Source: Glaucostegus cemiculus (lineage: Eukaryota). Taken from it: a stretch of 64,000 bases of DNA. The position numbers and the translations under genes are program-made. Below the pieces are notes generated by a model that saw nothing but the letters and a program-made list of their open reading frames with translations, did no database searches and had not been told where the DNA came from. Below, piece after piece: positions 61,401-64,000 of this stretch. Position 1 is the first letter of the stretch; each line of letters starts with the position of its first letter. The stretch lies in NCBI GenBank assembly GCA_976551045.1, contig CDPCPM010000043.1, positions 4,526,001 through 4,590,000 on the forward strand. The letters are read 5' to 3'.

Positions 61401-63759
61401 TTTGTGTGTCTGTCCCTCAGTCACTCACTGCCCTCCTTTTTTCAGCTGAATTCAGCATCTGGACCCGTGAGGCTGGGGCTGGTGGTCTCTCCATTGCTGT
61501 GGAAGGCCCAAGCAAAGCAGAGATCTCTTTTGAAGATCGCAAGGATGGCTCATGTGGCGTTTCCTACATTGTACAGGAACCTGGTCAGTAAATTGGATGG
61601 CATTGTTTGTCTCTTTTTACACCTTCTGTATCCAGACTTGAGTTGAGCTTCTTTTCTTTTTCCAGGTGACTATGAGGTATCCATCAAGTTCAATGATGAG
61701 CATATCCCAGACTCTCCATTTATTGTTCCAATTGCTTCTCCCTCGGATGCTGCCTGCAGACTCACCGTTACCAGTCTCCAGGTGTGCACAAGGCAGGCAC
61801 TGAATGTGGCTGTGCTTCAGAGTGGGGTGGGGCAGGGGCTTTTGTGGATTGTGGGGGATGAGAAGTGGCTGGTGCAGGGCATTGAACAGTACTAGAACTG
61901 GGAGGGAGGCAGCAGCAGCTGAGAAATCACGGGAGGAGCTTGTGCTGCTCCCCACTACATCTGGTCTGAATTGACAACCAGACTTTTTCCTGTGATGACT
62001 TCATAAAGAATGGGTTTTGCAGAAGTTAAATGGCAGCTGATTCTGCTCAGCATAAAGCAGCCTGCATTACACTTGAGAGAGAATTGCGGAACCTTGCTCT
62101 ACTCTGAGAGGACACAGGATGGCCGGTGTCTAAGATTGTTCTTAGCTTTTGACACTATCGTGAGCCACCTGGCCCCTCAAGCTTGCCCTACCGTTCAGTG
62201 TGGTGCAGCTAGTAGAGCTGCTGTCTGTCAGCACCCCTGACCCATGTGAGATGAAATTCCTACACACTTCAGTTTTAAATGGCCACCACCTTTTCTTGTA
62301 ACTGTTTGCTAGTTAAAATATCAAGGTAGAAAGCTTAACACTGTACCTGGCCTTGGAGTGATTGTTGAGACTCTGCAGATGGAGTTTTCCTCTGTCTAAA
62401 CTATGCTGCCTTTGCCTTGGCACTTTTTTGATGGACAGTGGACAGTGTAGAGGCTCTTCACACTGACTTATGAGATGCTGAGCCTTGGGCAAATGGATGT
62501 GGAATGTTTGCTCAGATTTTATTATCTATTTAATGTGTCCAGGAATCTGGGTTAAAGGTCAACCAACAAGCCTCATTTGCAGTACAGCTGAATGGAGCAA
62601 GAGGAGTCATCGATGCAAAAGTCCGGACCCCATCTGGGGCTGTGGAGGAATGTTATATGTCAGAGCTGGATAGTGGTGAGTGACTGGGGAGAATTTTGGA
62701 GTGGGTGGGTGGAGGGAGTGTGGCCCCTTTTGTGCAGCTTGCCTCCTGCGCTATACTCCCTTCTGTTACCTATTCACTAGTTCTTTCCCTTACCCTCTGT
62801 GCAGCCACACAATGGTTAACACAGTAGCAATGATGAACAGCAGTGATTTTTTTTTTTGTCATCTGATTTCATGGTGATGTTCTGGTGGGGCAATCCAAGC
62901 ATGCAATTCATTTTTGCAGATCCCCACAGGGGAGGGGGAAATGGAGGGTTGTCTGTGCCCTAGGCTTGGACAAGACAAAGTTGTGGGGCAAAGCAGGGCA
63001 GGAGGGAGTAGAGACAACACCCAGTGGAAGGGGGAGGTGGGAGGCAGTGCAGCTGGATGTGGTGTATGTGGCCGAGGGGTGTTATTGATCTGACCCAGAA
63101 TAAGCAATTATTCCCATACCATGTGCCATGGCCTCTTGTAGCAGCTGCCTGGGGCTTAAGCTGTAACACGAGATCCAGGCTCCTACAGCCTTCAGTAACT
63201 CAGAAACTTCCAGAAGGACAACACAAGGTCATTTAACTTGTGCAAAGCTATCTCCACCTCCTGCCTTTTTCTGAAGCTTTGTTTTTCCAATTGCGCTTTT
63301 GTTGCACTGAAATCTACAGCTCCCTCCCATTCCCCCCCCCCCCCCCCCCCCCCCAAACTCCCCACCACCTCCCTCCCCATTTGCCATGTGTCATTGCTGC
63401 CTCCTGACCCTAGGGGTCTATCACTGATTGCTGCACTCAGAGTGCCACCTACTGGTAGTGGCGAGATCTCCAGGATTTGATAGAGCCTCCTATGTCTAGC
63501 ATTTATTCCACAGTTCCTAAGTGGGGAAACACCTGCTTTATGTAGAGAAAAGACCATAATACCAGAACGCTTCTGTTCACAGATAACTTTGCAATCCGCT
63601 TCATACCACGTGAAAATGGTGTCCACTCCATCGATGTCAAGTTCAACTCCTGTCACATCCCGGGCAGTCCCTTCAGGATCCGAGTGGGAGAGCCAGGGCA
63701 GACTGGGGATCCTGGCTTGGTCTCTGCCTATGGCCCAGGACTGGAAGGAGGTGTCACAG
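10162..63759 (+). CDS. FLNC: Filamin-C gene, exons 1-45 (3' end beyond window); spliced CDS 7537 nt
   Basis: 45 exons with canonical GT-AG sites and matching phases give a continuous ORF: filamin ABD plus Ig repeats with GPG/SPF motifs. The exon-40 insert [49 protein letters not shown] is diagnostic for FLNC versus FLNA/FLNB. Confidence 0.96.
11335..11505 (-). mobile_element. HE1/V-SINE-like SINE
   Basis: Reverse-complement V-SINE-type motifs (TCTTTGGGATGTGGGAGGAAA ... AAACTCCACACAGA ... GAGGTCAGGATCAAGCCCAG). Confidence 0.65.
11850..12165 (+). mobile_element. DeuSINE/SacSINE1-like degenerate SINE
   Basis: tRNA-like head (GTGGGTTCA), ATTTATCCCTCAA, and TTGGCTGTAAAAAGGCTTTGGGA tail typical of Deu-domain SINEs. 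Confidence 0.5.
12230..12775 (+). mobile_element. Old L2-like LINE 3' fragment
   Basis: Degenerate motifs CAGCCTTTAGCTGCTGTCCTAAGCTCTGG...CCCTCCCTAAGCCTC and a ..TAAATACATGTTGCTGTT tail. Confidence 0.4.
14650..16330 (+). mobile_element. Degenerate CR1/HER1 LINE ORF2 (RT) fragment
   Basis: Broken frames: [46 protein letters not shown]; LINE 3' end at ~16300. Confidence 0.85.
16561..16640. repeat. (TTTA/TCTA/TTTG)n microsatellite
   Basis: Direct inspection. Confidence 0.7.
17200..18560 (+). mobile_element. CR1-like LINE remnants (ORF1-like part followed by ORF2 3' part)
   Basis: Cys-rich CRKCCQLK-type ORF1 start and MVHCHPGAK esterase-like piece, then degenerate RT C-terminus (KWQMEFN..., CIQFWSL..RKD). 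Confidence 0.65.
20990..21935 (-). mobile_element. Degenerate CR1-like LINE fragment
   Basis: Minus-strand DFKKAF-like RT motif (ORF 21675-21929) and reverse-complement 3' end near 21000. Confidence 0.6.
22305..22553 (+). CDS. FLNC: FLNC exon 2
   Basis: cag|ACAGC; [27 protein letters not shown]...NCAP; G|gtaagt; 249 nt. Confidence 0.95.
22860..23840 (+). mobile_element. CR1-like LINE 3' fragment containing an internal tandem quadruplication
   Basis: RT C-terminal motifs ([22 protein letters not shown]) and LINE 3' end. Confidence 0.7.
23007..23406. repeat. Four identical ~65-bp cores separated by (GTAATAGT)n spacers; periods 112/104/112 bp
   Basis: TTCAGGTCTGATTTCACTTTAAGGATGGGTATACTTGTGGTAGAGGGAGTGCGGTGATAGT starts at 23018, 23130, 23234, 23346. 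Confidence 0.9.
24427..24524 (+). CDS. FLNC: FLNC exon 3
   Basis: [33 protein letters not shown]; AG/GT flanks; 98 nt. Confidence 0.95.
24752..24899 (+). CDS. FLNC: FLNC exon 4
   Basis: [49 protein letters not shown]; 148 nt. Confidence 0.95.
25284..25402 (+). CDS. FLNC: FLNC exon 5
   Basis: [40 protein letters not shown]; 119 nt. Confidence 0.95.
25650..25727 (+). CDS. FLNC: FLNC exon 6
   Basis: [26 protein letters not shown]; 78 nt. Confidence 0.93.
26455..26617 (+). CDS. FLNC: FLNC exon 7
   Basis: [17 protein letters not shown]...PTYFDIYTA; 163 nt. Confidence 0.95.
27231..27431 (+). CDS. FLNC: FLNC exon 8
   Basis: [16 protein letters not shown]...SPFTVNISE; 201 nt. Confidence 0.95.
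28030..28330 (-). mobile_element. DeuSINE-like fragment
   Basis: Reverse-complement Deu-domain motifs (TTTTGCAACCAGTGAAGTTGCT...CCAATTGTGCACAGCACAATCTC). Confidence 0.45.
28495..28800. mobile_element. Interspersed repeat (L2-like 3' fragment, probably minus strand)
   Basis: Motifs TTTATTATCACTGAC..CATGAAATTTGTT, AAGAAGTTGTTCCTGAA..GAGTGTGGGTCTTCAGGCTCCTGTACCTCCTCCCTGATGG resemble a common chondrichthyan repeat. Confidence 0.55.
29824..29949 (+). CDS. FLNC: Putative alternative proline-rich cassette exon (8A) of FLNC
   Basis: CU-rich tract then cag|GA...CCAC|gttagt; 126 nt, phase 1-1 matching intron 8; stop-free: [42 protein letters not shown]. Confidence 0.8.
30480..31370 (-). mobile_element. 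CR1/HER1 LINE 3' fragment (RT C-terminus)
   Basis: ORF 30906-31463: ADDTKI...[31 protein letters not shown]...[19 protein letters not shown]. Confidence 0.92.
31756..31893 (+). CDS. FLNC: FLNC exon 9
   Basis: [18 protein letters not shown]...VVIKGP; A|gtaagt; 138 nt. Confidence 0.95.
32118..32335. mobile_element. Fold-back (palindromic) element, Penelope-terminus-like
   Basis: Perfect 24-bp inverted arms 32150-32173 / 32245-32268 inside a longer imperfect palindrome; related degenerate copies at ~14500, ~34570, ~54470. Confidence 0.7.
32763..32889 (+). CDS. FLNC: FLNC exon 10
   Basis: [42 protein letters not shown]; 127 nt. Confidence 0.95.
33221..33357 (+). CDS. FLNC: FLNC exon 11
   Basis: [46 protein letters not shown]; 137 nt. 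Confidence 0.95.
33602..33795 (+). CDS. FLNC: FLNC exon 12
   Basis: [38 protein letters not shown]...SFPEK; 194 nt. Confidence 0.95.
34794..34907 (+). CDS. FLNC: FLNC exon 13
   Basis: [38 protein letters not shown]; 114 nt. Confidence 0.95.
35170..35313 (+). CDS. FLNC: FLNC exon 14
   Basis: [48 protein letters not shown]; 144 nt. Confidence 0.95.
35571..36304 (-). mobile_element. Solo LTR (ERV/Gypsy-type), antisense in intron 14
   Basis: TG...CA termini, 4-bp TSD TGGG (35567-35570 / 36305-36308); on the minus strand CCAAT (35835-35831), TATAAA (35746-35741) and AATAAA (35651-35646) lie in U3-R order; CpG-rich relative to the G-rich flanks. Confidence 0.7.
36510..36633 (+). CDS. FLNC: FLNC exon 15
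   Basis: [41 protein letters not shown]; 124 nt. Confidence 0.95.
36970..37130 (+). CDS. FLNC: FLNC exon 16
   Basis: [31 protein letters not shown]...MVLFADQ; 161 nt. Confidence 0.95.
38006..38096 (+). CDS. FLNC: FLNC exon 17
   Basis: [30 protein letters not shown]; 91 nt. Confidence 0.93.
38713..38882 (+). CDS. FLNC: FLNC exon 18
   Basis: [18 protein letters not shown]...KYTAVQQ; 170 nt. Confidence 0.95.
39128..39245 (+). CDS. FLNC: FLNC exon 19
   Basis: [39 protein letters not shown]; 118 nt. Confidence 0.95.
39353..39615 (+). CDS. FLNC: FLNC exon 20
   Basis: [20 protein letters not shown]...PPDPTK; 263 nt. Confidence 0.95.
39890..40075 (+). mobile_element. DeuSINE-like fragment
   Basis: TTTGTGGGAACTTGTTGTGC...AAAGTACTTGACTGGCTGTGA...GGAATGTCCTGA Deu-domain motifs. 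Confidence 0.45.
40173..40770 (+). CDS. FLNC: FLNC exon 21
   Basis: [11 protein letters not shown]...FGPGVEPR; 598 nt. Confidence 0.96.
41150..41323 (+). CDS. FLNC: FLNC exon 22
   Basis: [25 protein letters not shown]...[15 protein letters not shown]; 174 nt. Confidence 0.95.
42053..42215 (+). CDS. FLNC: FLNC exon 23
   Basis: [19 protein letters not shown]...NRFTVET; 163 nt. Confidence 0.95.
42694..42854 (+). CDS. FLNC: FLNC exon 24
   Basis: [28 protein letters not shown]...GGHPIP; 161 nt. Confidence 0.95.
42985..43512. repeat. Perfect minisatellite, 22 x TGCCTCTCTGGCTTGCTCCCTTTG (24 bp)
   Basis: 528 bp of identical units in intron 24. Confidence 0.97.
44133..44668 (-). mobile_element. 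Young 5'-truncated CR1/HER1 LINE
   Basis: Uninterrupted ORF 44211-44669 ([31 protein letters not shown]...[14 protein letters not shown]) and (TTCTATG)n 3' tail (CATAGAACATAGAAC on +). Confidence 0.93.
44738..44905 (+). CDS. FLNC: FLNC exon 25
   Basis: [25 protein letters not shown]...VLRPT; 168 nt. Confidence 0.95.
45219..45342 (+). CDS. FLNC: FLNC exon 26
   Basis: [41 protein letters not shown]; 124 nt. Confidence 0.95.
46981..47137 (+). CDS. FLNC: FLNC exon 27
   Basis: [53 protein letters not shown]; 157 nt. Confidence 0.95.
47721..47910 (+). CDS. FLNC: FLNC exon 28
   Basis: [29 protein letters not shown]...GDASKCLVT; 190 nt. Confidence 0.95.
48661..48684 (+). CDS. FLNC: FLNC exon 29 (24-nt micro-exon)
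   Basis: ccccacag|TGTCCATCGGCGGCCATGGACTAG|gtgagt; VSIGGHGL, the known filamin A/C micro-exon peptide. Confidence 0.93.
   Translation, partial: CPSAAMD
49313..49560 (+). CDS. FLNC: FLNC exon 30
   Basis: [28 protein letters not shown]...SPFHVV; 248 nt. Confidence 0.95.
49740..50330 (+). mobile_element. Old CR1-like LINE 3' fragment
   Basis: Degenerate ...[21 protein letters not shown] motif and TTGTTCTATG tail. Confidence 0.6.
51394..51489 (+). CDS. FLNC: FLNC exon 31 (hinge 1, alternatively spliced)
   Basis: tag|GCC...TGG|gtataa; 96 nt, phase 0-0; [32 protein letters not shown], similar to human H1 (ACDP...QPY...HW). Confidence 0.88.
52933..53032 (+). CDS. FLNC: FLNC exon 32
   Basis: [33 protein letters not shown]; 100 nt. 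Confidence 0.94.
53698..53838 (+). CDS. FLNC: FLNC exon 33
   Basis: [47 protein letters not shown]; 141 nt. Confidence 0.95.
54263..54391 (+). CDS. FLNC: FLNC exon 34
   Basis: [43 protein letters not shown]; 129 nt. Confidence 0.95.
54777..54950 (+). CDS. FLNC: FLNC exon 35
   Basis: [23 protein letters not shown]...SPFTAKIT; 174 nt. Confidence 0.95.
55602..55763 (+). CDS. FLNC: FLNC exon 36
   Basis: [27 protein letters not shown]...LKRLPNRHI; 162 nt. Confidence 0.95.
56864..57067 (+). CDS. FLNC: FLNC exon 37
   Basis: [19 protein letters not shown]...FIVDTRGA; 204 nt. Confidence 0.95.
57404..57556 (+). CDS. FLNC: FLNC exon 38
   Basis: [51 protein letters not shown]; 153 nt. Confidence 0.95.
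57747..57869 (+). CDS. FLNC: FLNC exon 39
   Basis: [41 protein letters not shown]; 123 nt. Confidence 0.95.
59785..60430 (-). mobile_element. Old CR1-like LINE 3' fragment
   Basis: Reverse-complement LINE 3' motifs (GTAGGAGTCGGTCACTTGCC..., CTAGTTCTAGATTCTCCCACAAGAGGAAAC). Confidence 0.6.
60578..60817 (+). CDS. FLNC: FLNC exon 40 (FLNC-specific insertion in Ig repeat 20)
   Basis: [80 protein letters not shown]; 240 nt, phase 1-1. Confidence 0.95.
60944..61213 (+). CDS. FLNC: FLNC exon 41
   Basis: [18 protein letters not shown]...[15 protein letters not shown]...GVAAVP; 270 nt. Confidence 0.95.
61446..61583 (+). CDS. FLNC: FLNC exon 42
   Basis: [46 protein letters not shown]; 138 nt. Confidence 0.95.
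61666..61781 (+). CDS. FLNC: FLNC exon 43
   Basis: [39 protein letters not shown]; 116 nt; preceded by an 82-nt intron. Confidence 0.95.
62543..62675 (+). CDS. FLNC: FLNC exon 44
   Basis: [44 protein letters not shown]; 133 nt. Confidence 0.95.
63583..63759 (+). CDS. FLNC: FLNC exon 45
   Basis: [59 protein letters not shown]; 177 nt. Confidence 0.95.
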
Positions 63760-64000
63760 GTATAATGCCTCAGTATATTTGACATGTAATCTACAGGATT
63801 TGCATTAACTGTGGATAGCTGGCAGGAGACTGGAATGTGATTGGGTAAGTGTGGGTTGTTTATATAAAACAACACCTTGGTGTGAAGCACAGGCTGGAAT
63901 CTGCTTTAAGGGCATGGGTGTTTTTAAGATATAATATCTGGGATAATAACAGTGTTGAAAATGCACAGCAGGTCATGTAATGTAATAAGAACAAAACAAG

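Noticed and set aside
62341-62385. Possible editing-complementary sequence for the exon-43 Q codon
   Set aside because: Complementarity is patchy, and the segment resembles a common degenerate intronic repeat (CTGTACCTG..CTGGGAGTG..GGACAGTGTAGAGG).
10162-63759. Assignment as FLNA or FLNB
   Set aside because: The exon-40 insertion and the hinge-1/exon-32 sequences are FLNC-type.
60574-63890. Minus-strand ORFs of 195 aa and 232 aa (possible antisense gene)
   Set aside because: They overlap FLNC exons and are typical antisense shadows with no independent coding signal.

Overview
Eukaryotic (vertebrate) genomic DNA. The repeat content (CR1/HER1-type LINEs, V-SINE/HE1-like and DeuSINE-like elements, fold-back Penelope-type relics) suggests a cartilaginous fish; this is inference, not proof. 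The window is dominated by one + strand gene, filamin-C (FLNC). It has a CpG-island promoter at ~9.8-10.6 kb and 45 canonical GT-AG exons from ATG 10162 to 63759, which splice into one open frame of 7537 nt. These encode the actin-binding CH1/CH2 domain and Ig repeats 1 to the start of 23, including the 24-nt micro-exon, the hinge-1 exon and the FLNC-diagnostic repeat-20 insertion. The last exons lie beyond the window. The most notable observation is an extra frame-preserving 126-nt proline-rich cassette exon (29824-29949) in intron 8, with no counterpart in canonical human FLNC as I recall it. Also notable: an antisense solo LTR with a 4-bp TSD in intron 14, a fold-back element with a decayed hammerhead-ribozyme core plus a perfect 18-bp hairpin in intron 9, a perfect 22x24-bp intronic minisatellite, and a changed Akt-type phosphosite in the repeat-20 insert. 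The first ~9.7 kb is intergenic, with degenerate tandem repeats and TE fragments. No prokaryotic-type system, CRISPR array, tRNA or rRNA gene was found. TE family names and boundaries are from motif recognition and are approximate.
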